Shown: positions 10,179 to 18,617, counted from the first letter of the stretch. The stretch is 64,000 nt of DNA from Bdellovibrio sp. (GCA_036676395.1 JAKFCY010000002.1:1408001-1472000); one strand, 5' to 3'. A program made the numbers and translations. Notes: generated by a model not told the origin, from the sequence alone.

Positions 10179-11289
10179 ACTTGCGTAATTCCATGAGCGT
10201 CAGCGGGCGTTCAGTTTCATACATCAGTGTTAAGATCTTATCTAAGATAGTTGTTTTTAAAGAAATAAGTTTCGCGTTCTTTTCGAATTTATTTTTTTGC
10301 ATTCCTTGAATCGTTTGCAGATCGATCACGCTATAGATGTTTTTCTTATTAGAAAGAAATTTATCTTCTTTAAAGCTGGATTTTTGCAAAGACTGCATAA
10401 GTTCGATATCGTCTTTAAGAGTTGCTTTGATATTTTTTAATTCATTTGTGCGGGTTTGTGTGTTTGTGCGCTCGGTTAAAAGCTTACGTTGCAAGTTGTA
10501 GCGATCAGAATAATACAGAGTTTTTTCTTCGCGTAAGAAGTTAATATTAAAAACAGCCTTCAATCCAAAAGCGCCTTCGCTATTTTCTTTTTCATAGTCT
10601 TTTTCATAAGTGACTTCAAAACCGTCAAAAACCGCAAAATCTTCGGCGCGTTTGTATTCATACTCGGCCATAGCAAGTCTTGCGTATAGATCATAAGCTT
10701 TGCCAGACTGTGATGATAAAGAGTCTGTATTTAAATTATCAATAAGGTTATGAATATTTTTAATATTCAATACAGCTTCTTCAGGAACTTGATCCCAGGT
10801 GATGCGCATTTGCCCTAAGAGCGGCATGAGCTCATTTTTTTGTTCATTAAGTTCTAGGCCTAACAGTTGTTTGTCTTCATCAGCAGCGATGATTTTAAAA
10901 ACCGTGCTGACGTCTGTATTTGAATTTTCGTATGTAGCTGTCAAAGAATCACGAAAGCGACTCATCCACTTGTTGTATTCAGTGTATTGCTTTTGTTTTT
11001 GTTTGATATCCAAAGCTTGAATAAAATTGCGGATATTATTCAAATCCACTTCTGAATTGATGAACTGGCTGTTGATCGATTTAAACTTACGGTCAATATC
11101 TTTTACTTTGCGCCATTTTTTAAACTCTTCGATACCGTAAAGTTTAAACTTTAATGAATATTCATACTTTTGACCTTCAAGATCGCTATTGCCAATACTG
11201 AGTTGCGCATCTTTAAAAGGAGACTGAAAGCCAAGGGCTTTTAATCCAACCAGGCATAAAATAGTTAAAAGTAAATTACTGTGCTTCAT
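10168..11289 (-). CDS. secreted helical protein, putative TolC/outer-membrane efflux family
   Basis: Signal-peptide-like start (MKHSNLLLTILCLVGLKALG, ATG 11289); long amphipathic helices flanking a beta-hairpin-like segment (GFEVTYEKDY...AFGLKAVFNINF); downstream of an HlyD-type gene. Confidence 0.55.
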   Translation of the reverse strand: MKHSNLLLTILCLVGLKALGFQSPFKDAQLSIGNSDLEGQKYEYSLKFKLYGIEEFKKWRKVKDIDRKFKSINSQFINSEVDLNNIRNFIQALDIKQKQKQYTEYNKWMSRFRDSLTATYENSNTDVSTVFKIIAADEDKQLLGLELNEQKNELMPLLGQMRITWDQVPEEAVLNIKNIHNLIDNLNTDSLSSQSGKAYDLYARLAMAEYEYKRAEDFAVFDGFEVTYEKDYEKENSEGAFGLKAVFNINFLREEKTLYYSDRYNLQRKLLTERTNTQTRTNELKNIKATLKDDIELMQSLQKSSFKEDKFLSNKKNIYSVIDLQTIQGMQKNKFEKNAKLISLKTTILDKILTLMYETERPLTLMELRKYVK

Positions 11290-13060
11290 TGATAAAGTAA
11301 TAAGGTTCGTTTTTACCTTCGTCAAAAACACCAAGGATTTCATTTTTCATACCTAAGGCAATACCCTCTAGTTGGTTTACCGGAAATGTTTTAAGCAGTT
11401 TTAAGTTGTCGCTGGTTAGTTTGTTAGTTTTCCATAAAGCACTGCAGTTCGCTTTTTTGCAAGTTGTAGAAATATAGTACGTGCCGTTTGAAAATACCAA
11501 ATCACTTAAACCCATTTTGTTATCATCTGCAGTTTCAGTTTTGCCTTCAAAACTAAGTTTTGCTTCAAGACTAACTTGTTGTGGGTGAAAGTACTTATTA
11601 GTGAAAATATATTCTTTGTTAATTAAACGCAAAATATAGCTTTCATTACTTTCAGCATGTGGAGCTTTTAAAGCTAACAAAATATCGTTTCCAACCAAAG
11701 TCATACCTTCGATGTCCAGGTCACCTTTTTTAACAGTGCTTGCCTGAATAGTTGTAGCCAATTTTTGCAGTTCCTTTTGTTCAGATTTTGCCATTGCAGC
11801 TAATAATAACGGGCGTAATTCAAAGCTAGAAATAGCAGTTAACTCTAAGCCAACGCGTTTTACTTTAACGATCAAGCTTCGGTTCTTTTTGATGTCACCG
11901 CTCGAATTACGAGATTGTGACGATAACAGATAAATAAAGTTATCATCTTGGGCAATCGATTCGATATCCATGATCTCGGTCAGGTTTTTAATTTTTAAAG
12001 TCTCATTATCCAGACTGCCATCACGATTCATTAGAAATAATAACGGCGAATGTGCTTCGTCAGTGTCATCGCTGATCACTAAGTACTTATTTAAATCGCT
12101 AAGCCAGATAGCTCCAGAGGGTTCAAATTTAGATTGCTCATAAGTAGCTGATGGGATCATCATTTTCTTTAAAGAAAATTGACTAGATGTTTCGAAAAGC
12201 CCAAGGTCGCTTTTCGACGCGTTCGCTAAGGCCATAAAACTTAAAAATGGTTTTGACGGGTCTACAGCAACTTTTTCACCAATTAACAATTGTGTGTGTT
12301 CGCTTAATTCTAAAGTTACTTCGCGGCCGTAGGCGATCATATTTTGAAATTTCAATAAACGAAGAGGCATTTCAACAGTTCTGCGGCCGACATTTTTAAC
12401 TACTGCCGTAGAGACGACATTCGCGCGAGTTGCCGAGCGTACCTTGACCACTTGGCCTTCAACTAAATTCACATCAAGGCTTTCGTTGATAAAACCAGTC
12501 ACGAAAGTAGGTGAGTTGTTTGATAATGTTAAAAGTGTTGCAAAACCATCAGCTTTTTCGCCGGTTTTAAAATTGATCGTTCCAACAACACCATCAGCCG
12601 GTGAAAAGACATAAAGGTCTCTTTTCTTTTTTTCTAAATAATCTTTTTCTTTAATAAGATCATTGAGCTCTGATTGCATCGGATCCATAAACTGGCCTGC
12701 GTTTTTAGCCATGTTTTTAGATTTAGGAATAATGCGGCCAATTTCTTTGCGTAAGGTAATTTCTGATTGAAGACGATTCATCCTAAAATCAACATCACGA
12801 ATTTTTGTATTTAGATCTGATTGTTCAAGTTCTAACAGCAGATCCCCTTTGCGAACATTTTGCCCCTGGATGACATGAATTCGTTTTACTTCGACAGGGT
12901 ATTCAAAATTAATCTGCAATTCTTTAGAATCAGCGATTCCTAAAAAACCGATGCGCTCAACGCGAATCGAATTATACAGGACACCACAGATAAAGATGGC
13001 TGCGATAAGTGAGACGTAGATGAGGCTGTGCGTTTTTGTCGATATTTTTGATTTTTTCAT
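11276..13060 (-). CDS. HlyD-family periplasmic adaptor fused to a C-terminal beta-propeller (DUF3616/phytase-like/SdiA-regulated type)
   Basis: N-terminal TM; lipoyl half-motifs VKRIHVIQGQNVRKGDLL and SPADGVV..TGE flanking a coiled coil; C-half blade repeats FEPSG, ISDD, DIESIA, DIEGMT, LEGIA. Confidence 0.8.
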   Translation of the reverse strand: MKKSKISTKTHSLIYVSLIAAIFICGVLYNSIRVERIGFLGIADSKELQINFEYPVEVKRIHVIQGQNVRKGDLLLELEQSDLNTKIRDVDFRMNRLQSEITLRKEIGRIIPKSKNMAKNAGQFMDPMQSELNDLIKEKDYLEKKKRDLYVFSPADGVVGTINFKTGEKADGFATLLTLSNNSPTFVTGFINESLDVNLVEGQVVKVRSATRANVVSTAVVKNVGRRTVEMPLRLLKFQNMIAYGREVTLELSEHTQLLIGEKVAVDPSKPFLSFMALANASKSDLGLFETSSQFSLKKMMIPSATYEQSKFEPSGAIWLSDLNKYLVISDDTDEAHSPLLFLMNRDGSLDNETLKIKNLTEIMDIESIAQDDNFIYLLSSQSRNSSGDIKKNRSLIVKVKRVGLELTAISSFELRPLLLAAMAKSEQKELQKLATTIQASTVKKGDLDIEGMTLVGNDILLALKAPHAESNESYILRLINKEYIFTNKYFHPQQVSLEAKLSFEGKTETADDNKMGLSDLVFSNGTYYISTTCKKANCSALWKTNKLTSDNLKLLKTFPVNQLEGIALGMKNEILGVFDEGKNEPYYFINEAQ

Positions 13061-13069
13061 ATTTCAACC

Positions 13070-13753
13070 TTATAAGTCCACGACAGTTTCTTGCATCATG
13101 ACGTTAACCGCTTTTGCTGTCGGAAGTTTTTGGGCTTCCAGAACCAGGTCATGTGAAGTTTTGCCTTTTTTAAATTTAATCTGGTAAGTGTAATCAACAC
13201 GATCGCCCTGCGCGACTTCGCGCACGTTTAATAAATAGAAATGCTGGCAATAGTTCGTTAAAATGCTTTCTAAACTACGGACATCTTGCCCCGATTTATC
13301 TAAATTCAGGCGAAATAAGCCATCAAAATAGGTCTCGTTGGCGAAGGGTGTTTTATGAAGAATTACAGCTACGGCGCCAAAAGCCATTGTTCCAAAAACC
13401 GCGATAACATAAGAATGTGCTCCAGCAGCTAAGCCAAGAGCCAGAGAGGCAAAGATAAAAAACATATCGCGTGGGTCTTTAATATTCGTTCGAAAGCGTA
13501 ATAATGAAACGGCGCCCATCATCCCGATACCACGGGCAACGTTATCGCCAATGGCTTGCATGGCAATGGCTGTAACAATCGGGCTTAAGATTAACGAGTG
13601 GATAAAGTTACGTGAATACGAAAGACCGCGAAAAGTTTTAATGTAGGTAAATGCGATCGTGCATCCCATGACAAACGATAAACAAAACGCAAAAAGAATC
13701 GAAAATTCGCTTAAGTGAGTTGTTGTCGAATTAAGTACGCTAAGATCGAACAT
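13070..13753 (-). CDS. DUF4956 family membrane protein
   Basis: About 5 hydrophobic segments; signature GMMGAVSLLRFRTNIKDPRDMFFIFASLALGLAAG; small soluble C-terminal domain. Confidence 0.9.
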   Translation of the reverse strand: MFDLSVLNSTTTHLSEFSILFAFCLSFVMGCTIAFTYIKTFRGLSYSRNFIHSLILSPIVTAIAMQAIGDNVARGIGMMGAVSLLRFRTNIKDPRDMFFIFASLALGLAAGAHSYVIAVFGTMAFGAVAVILHKTPFANETYFDGLFRLNLDKSGQDVRSLESILTNYCQHFYLLNVREVAQGDRVDYTYQIKFKKGKTSHDLVLEAQKLPTAKAVNVMMQETVVDL

Positions 13754-13767
13754 ATTTAAGCCCCAGA

Positions 13768-13785
13768 TACGTTAAGTTTACGTTA
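13768..13785 (-). promoter_or_regulatory. 11-bp-period direct repeat TAACGTA-N4-TAACGTA upstream of the DUF4956/VTC operon
   Basis: Two exact 7-mers with an 11-bp period, 15-32 nt upstream of the ATG; this geometry is typical of OmpR/PhoB-family boxes. Confidence 0.35.
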
Positions 13786-13899
13786 TTATTTTGACCTGGT
13801 ATGTTTTCTCAAATTTAGGGCGTTCTATAAATGGAAATATGCTTACAGAGCATATATTTCACATGGAGGCGTAAAATTGTTAGTCACTTTTTTCTTGAG

Positions 13900-14310
13900 C
13901 TAGAGCTCTAAACAAAGATTTTTAACAGCTTCTTTAGAGCACTCCCACTCTTGTGAATGGACTGGAAGGCCGCCTTGATCCAAATAGGTCACAGTGCCAG
14001 ACTGGGTAGGCGTTTCGCCTGATGATTGAAAGCTAAATATGAACTCTTCGCCAAAATCTGTTTTTGACGAAATCGCCAAATTGTTTTTGTCCTTACTGCA
14101 ATTAATTTTTGAAATCGTATATCCAAACGGACGTATACCGTAGGGAATATGGCGATCCATAATGATTAGAGATTCTTTAGTGTCGACATAAAGGTGAAGA
14201 TAAGTCTGAAAAACATCATAGGAATACCAGCGCCGACAAAGATCGTATTTTTCAGCATGAGCAATTGAGTTTAGGTAAGTGAAAGTTAAAAATAGAATAA
14301 TATTTTTCAA
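13900..14310 (-). CDS. hypothetical secreted protein
   Basis: TTG start, signal peptide ending AHA, 4 Cys; no family recognised. Confidence 0.7.
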   Translation of the reverse strand: MKNIILFLTFTYLNSIAHAEKYDLCRRWYSYDVFQTYLHLYVDTKESLIIMDRHIPYGIRPFGYTISKINCSKDKNNLAISSKTDFGEEFIFSFQSSGETPTQSGTVTYLDQGGLPVHSQEWECSKEAVKNLCLEL

Positions 14311-14394
14311 AATGTGAGGCCTTTCGGTGATGGAGTCCGAAGACCTTATGCAATATTTATTCTAAGCCAGATCGGGGTATGTAGCCCCGTTTGA

Positions 14395-16050
14395 TTAACG
14401 GCTTTTTTCTCTGTGGTTATCGCGGTGATTGGATCTTCCGCCATCATGCCCTTGACGAGATTCAGAGACGACCGTCTCACGAACTACAACCACTTTAATT
14501 TGCCCGGGGTACTGCATTTCTTCTTCGATGGTTTTTGCGATTTTTTCAGCGATTTGCAAGGCCCCTAAATCGTCAACCTGGCGCGAGTTCACTAAAACCC
14601 TGCATTCACGGCCACCATTAAGCACAAACACGTCAGTGACGCCTTGGAAGCGTTTAGAGATCTCTTGAAGGCCAGTTACTTTTTGCGTGTAAGTTTCCAT
14701 GGTTGATCTGCGTGCACCTGGGCGGCCGCCTGAAATCGCATCGGCTGCGATCACTAAAAAGTCCATGTCGGCTTCTGGCTGCACATCATAGTGATGGGCA
14801 CGAACGGCATGAACAACTTCAGGGTCTTCACCGCGAGCTTCAATAAAATCTGCACCAATGACCGCATGTGACCCATCGAATTGGTGATCCAGGGCTTTAC
14901 CCAAGTCATGAAGTAACCCTGCGCGTTTTGATTTTTTAATATCGGCGCGAATTTCTGCAGCTAAAAGTGAAGCAAACCAGCCCACTTCAGCACAGTGAAA
15001 GTATTGATTTTGAGTGTATGAATAACGGTAGCGCAGCGAGCCCATCACTTGGCGAATTTCAGGATGGATATTCTGCATGGCAAGCTCTTTAGCTTGAAGA
15101 TCGCCATCTTTTTTAATCTGTCGCAATAATTCGGCTTTTAAGTTTTCGCCGGTTTTACGGATGTGTTCAGCAGGTAGGGGCTTATTTTGTTTTTCGATAT
15201 CTTTAAATAGTTTTTCAAAAAGACGGCGAGTCAGTTCACGGCGAACCGGATCGTAGCCAATAACCTGAATATTCAACATTCTTTCAGGATCTGGCGTTTC
15301 GTCGATATAAATATCACAACCTGTGACTTCTTCAACGGCTGCCACATTGTCTTTTAAAGCATGGCAAAAGTGACCGCGAACTCTTTCGTCCGGAAAATAA
15401 GTTGAAGAGATATTTCTTTCGGTGCTCATTTCTTTAGTGAAGCGATCAATGCATAAGCCTAAAATGCGTTTTGCTTTGGCTTCAGCAAAAGCTTTATGCT
15501 CTTCTTCTGCAAAATTAATATAATTTTCGTAATCTTGGTTAGCTTCGGTAATTAATTGCGTTGTGATATCCTGAATCACTTCTTCTTTTTTTAACTGAGT
15601 TTTCGTGTGTAATTGATTTTGGTAATTTTCATTAAACTGATTTAATTGATCAACGAAAACCTGAAAAGCTTTTTGTTGGTCTGTTAAACGCATTGATAAT
15701 TCGCGAAGCTCGGTTTCCATTTTAAATAAACCACCACGATTTGTTTTATCTGTTTCTTCGTGTGATTTTTTTCGTTCTGCAATTTGTTGTTCTAAATCAG
15801 TGCAGCGGCCTTCCATTAATAAATGAGCTTCTTCGACTTTGCCCCATGCGGTTAATTCAATTTCTTGAATCACTTCGTTGCGTTCATCTTCTTCTAATTG
15901 AAATTGATCTTGGGCCTCTTTTAAAAGCTCATTAGCTTCAATGTGAGCTTCTTTAAGGACCATACGTTCGACGGCTTTTTTGATGGCGAAAATCACAACG
16001 CCGCCTAATAAAAATCCGATCACAAAATTCATAACTGTTATTAAACTCAT
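14395..16050 (-). CDS. rny: ribonuclease Y (divergent KH domain)
   Basis: N-terminal TM and coiled coil; LRYRYSYTQN, GLLHDLGKA, AHH, AADAISGGRPGAR, GRECRV, YPGQIKVVVVRE. Confidence 0.93.
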   Translation of the reverse strand: MSLITVMNFVIGFLLGGVVIFAIKKAVERMVLKEAHIEANELLKEAQDQFQLEEDERNEVIQEIELTAWGKVEEAHLLMEGRCTDLEQQIAERKKSHEETDKTNRGGLFKMETELRELSMRLTDQQKAFQVFVDQLNQFNENYQNQLHTKTQLKKEEVIQDITTQLITEANQDYENYINFAEEEHKAFAEAKAKRILGLCIDRFTKEMSTERNISSTYFPDERVRGHFCHALKDNVAAVEEVTGCDIYIDETPDPERMLNIQVIGYDPVRRELTRRLFEKLFKDIEKQNKPLPAEHIRKTGENLKAELLRQIKKDGDLQAKELAMQNIHPEIRQVMGSLRYRYSYTQNQYFHCAEVGWFASLLAAEIRADIKKSKRAGLLHDLGKALDHQFDGSHAVIGADFIEARGEDPEVVHAVRAHHYDVQPEADMDFLVIAADAISGGRPGARRSTMETYTQKVTGLQEISKRFQGVTDVFVLNGGRECRVLVNSRQVDDLGALQIAEKIAKTIEEEMQYPGQIKVVVVRETVVSESRQGHDGGRSNHRDNHREKSR

Positions 16051-16064
16051 AATTAAATCTATCC

Positions 16065-17336
16065 TTAAATTTGACCCTGAACTTCGGCTTCAACCATCGC
16101 TTCTTGATCGGTGGCCGTCGGGTGGTCTAAATATTTCAATTTTTGTAAAATCACTAAAGTAAATAAACCCACACCGATCGCCATGTAACCAACGGCGGGG
16201 TAATTTAATAAACGTCCATCTTTAGGGTCAATCATAACAATCATTCCCGCAATGTAAGAGCCTGCAGCCATAGCGAGTGACTGTAAACAACTTAAAAGGC
16301 TCATGAAGGCTCCGCGCTGTTGTGCTGAGACTGCGCCAGACACAAGCGCCTGTGCAGGAATCATTCGTGATCCTGCCGATATAAAAAATAAACTGGCCAC
16401 AATTAGCACAATCCAGAGACTGTCTTTTCCTTGATGGGTCACCAAAAATATCGGAATGATCGAAAATAAAATCGAGTACATATAGATCTTAGCTTTGCCG
16501 TAGCGATCCGAAAGTCTTCCGACCAGAGGGGCACTAAAAAAGGAACAAATTCCACCTATTAAGTAAATCAAGGTCAGTTCTCTTTCGCTAAGGCCGGCAT
16601 TCACAACCTGAGAAGTGGCAATAAACGGAATAATGCTAAAATGCGAGAACATCACAAAAAACATAAAAATTAAAGACATGCGCTGAACCGGTGATTGCAG
16701 AACTGAAACGACGGGTTGCCAGAATGTGATTTTAGGCACTTTGTGCATTTCGGGAATGTCAGGCTGAAGATGTTTATTAATTTTCGGAACGTAGCGATAA
16801 ATTCCAACTAAGATAATTAAACATAAGGCAGCTAAGAAAATAAAAGGCGAATACCAAGTTAATGATTGTGAAAGAAAAATAGAAAATGGCACGCCAAAAA
16901 TTGAGGCTGCTGAAAATGCCGTAGCCAAAAAGCCCATGGCCATGCCGCGACGTTTGTAATCAATCAGATCGCTTGCGATTGAAAGAATTATCGAATTCAT
17001 CACGCCGCCAAAAAAACCGGTCATCGAGCGAGCGATAAGTAAGGTGTGGTAGTCGCGAGCTATGCCGCAAAATATCGTGGCTAAAGTAAACCCGGCAAAT
17101 AAAATAATCAGACTTTTTTTGCGATCAAAACGATCCATGTAAAACGAAGCTAAAAATCCTGAAATACCCGCAAAAAAAGTGTAACTTGAAACTAATAAAC
17201 TAAATTGCTGGGCTTCGATCGAAAAAAGACGCATCAATTGGGTTCCCATCGGCATGATAATCATGAAATCCACGATGTGATTAAATTGAACGAAAGCTAA
17301 GATGGTTAATATTTTTTTCTCTAAAGATGTAAACAC
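16065..17336 (-). CDS. MFS transporter
   Basis: About 12 TM segments; motif A copies DRFDRKK and GRLSDRYGK. Confidence 0.93.
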   Translation of the reverse strand: MFTSLEKKILTILAFVQFNHIVDFMIIMPMGTQLMRLFSIEAQQFSLLVSSYTFFAGISGFLASFYMDRFDRKKSLIILFAGFTLATIFCGIARDYHTLLIARSMTGFFGGVMNSIILSIASDLIDYKRRGMAMGFLATAFSAASIFGVPFSIFLSQSLTWYSPFIFLAALCLIILVGIYRYVPKINKHLQPDIPEMHKVPKITFWQPVVSVLQSPVQRMSLIFMFFVMFSHFSIIPFIATSQVVNAGLSERELTLIYLIGGICSFFSAPLVGRLSDRYGKAKIYMYSILFSIIPIFLVTHQGKDSLWIVLIVASLFFISAGSRMIPAQALVSGAVSAQQRGAFMSLLSCLQSLAMAAGSYIAGMIVMIDPKDGRLLNYPAVGYMAIGVGLFTLVILQKLKYLDHPTATDQEAMVEAEVQGQI

Positions 17337-17419
17337 AATCTTTAGAGTCTATCTTTTGGTATAGTTCTCTTAAAGGTTTTCTTTTGTGAACGTCCTGCGT
17401 TATGTGGTATAAAATTAAT

Positions 17420-17866
17420 ATGTGGATAAAAATACTTTCAGTAACTAAAACAGCGTTCATAACTTTTGCAATTTTCTTCGTTTTATTTTGGATTTTTATC
17501 TGGAATTTTTCTTTTGTTTTTAAACAAAAAGTCATAGGTGAAGTGCAAAAAATTGAGCATGTTAGTCCGCAGGCTATAATCACGAATAATATGCCGATGA
17601 ATCCTCAAGTTTTTTCGTATTCAGTCGCCATTAAAGATCTGCGCACGAATGAAATTCATATGGCTTCCAGTGAAGATCGTAAATGGGGGGCTGTTCAGCC
17701 CGGAAACTGCGTGGTCGCTGCGTTTTTTCCTTACGAACCATGGAGGCTATCTAAAGGGATGACCGATAGAAATGCTCGTCTTTTGCAAAATTTTACGAAT
17801 TGTGCTGATGTTCCAGACAATGGTGGTTTCATCAGTTGGTTGAAGTTCTTTTTCTTAATTTATTAG
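17420..17866 (+). CDS. hypothetical membrane-anchored protein
   Basis: N-terminal TM, soluble beta-rich domain; ATG 17420 preferred (ORF is open from 17402). Confidence 0.75.
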   Translation: MWIKILSVTKTAFITFAIFFVLFWIFIWNFSFVFKQKVIGEVQKIEHVSPQAIITNNMPMNPQVFSYSVAIKDLRTNEIHMASSEDRKWGAVQPGNCVVAAFFPYEPWRLSKGMTDRNARLLQNFTNCADVPDNGGFISWLKFFFLIY

Positions 17867-18006
17867 CGAAAAATTGAAGTCACAAGAGCTTGTGCACGCA
17901 ATGGGTATGAGCTTCTTTGCTGATTTGATTTTTGGTAAATCATGTATGTCAGAGTCAACATCATGAATACGATAAACCAATTTCTCATTTGCATGTAATG
18001 AAGCAT
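17863..18006 (-). CDS. putative 47-aa small membrane protein (not in ORF track)
   Basis: MLHYMQMRNWFIVFMMLTLTYMIYQKSNQQRSSYPLRAQALVTSIFR*; AAAGG upstream; fills the gap after pgsA. Confidence 0.45.
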   Translation of the reverse strand: MLHYMQMRNWFIVFMMLTLTYMIYQKSNQQRSSYPLRAQALVTSIFR

Positions 18007-18018
18007 ATAAAACCTTTT

Positions 18019-18570
18019 TTAAGACTTCTTTTCGTCTAAATAGAGTTTGAAGTAATCCCAACCACTGATCAGGCTTAATAAAACACTGAACCAAAGAAGT
18101 CCATATCCGATTTTTAAGTTAGGAAAGTAGGGGTGTATTTCGTTCACCATCATGAAAGGAACGGATATCATTTGTAAAGCCGCCTTCCATTTGCCCGTCG
18201 TTTGAGCAGGAATAATTAAGCCATCGGCTGAAGCTGCAGCCCTAATTCCGCCCACCAAAGTGTCGCGGGTTAGAAATAACATCACCATCCAAGGATCAAT
18301 TTTTTGCTGATGTAATAGGATCACTAAGATAGCCATCACCAAGATTTTATCGGCAACCGGATCTAAGAATTTACCCAAATTTGTAACGGCATTATATTTA
18401 CGTGCAAAGTAGCCATCGTAATAATCAGTGATTGAAGCTGCATAAAAAAGAAGAACAGCCATCCAATCTAAATAATATCCTTCAAAGTTTTTGCTATAAA
18501 GTAACAAGACTGCCACAGGAATCGTAGCAAAGATGCGGGCCACCGTAAGTATAAGAGGTAGTTTCTTCAT
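18019..18570 (-). CDS. pgsA: CDP-diacylglycerol-glycerol-3-phosphate 3-phosphatidyltransferase
   Basis: TDYYDGYFARKY...GKFLDPVADK CDP-alcohol phosphotransferase motif; GKWKA. Confidence 0.93.
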   Translation of the reverse strand: MKKLPLILTVARIFATIPVAVLLLYSKNFEGYYLDWMAVLLFYAASITDYYDGYFARKYNAVTNLGKFLDPVADKILVMAILVILLHQQKIDPWMVMLFLTRDTLVGGIRAAASADGLIIPAQTTGKWKAALQMISVPFMMVNEIHPYFPNLKIGYGLLWFSVLLSLISGWDYFKLYLDEKKS

Positions 18571-18578
18571 TCGCTTTG

Positions 18579-18611
18579 ATCTTGAGTTCAAAGGCTAGCT
18601 TATGTCAAGAT
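18579..18611. promoter_or_regulatory. palindromic overlapping divergent sigma70-like promoters
   Basis: Minus strand TTGACA-N18-CAAGAT; plus strand TTGAGT-N18-CAAGAT; inverted repeat ATCTTGA...TCAAGAT. Confidence 0.45.
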
Positions 18612-18617
18612 ATGTCG

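Noticed and set aside
16065..17336. MFS transporter as the missing pump for the HlyD/TolC-like pair
   Set aside because: Separated by rny and another gene, apparently in a different transcription unit, and 12-TM type rather than the 14-TM EmrB type; not fully excluded
17855..18094. 79-aa minus-strand ORF from the track
   Set aside because: Overlaps pgsA and looks non-coding; the 47-aa ORF in another frame fits the gap better
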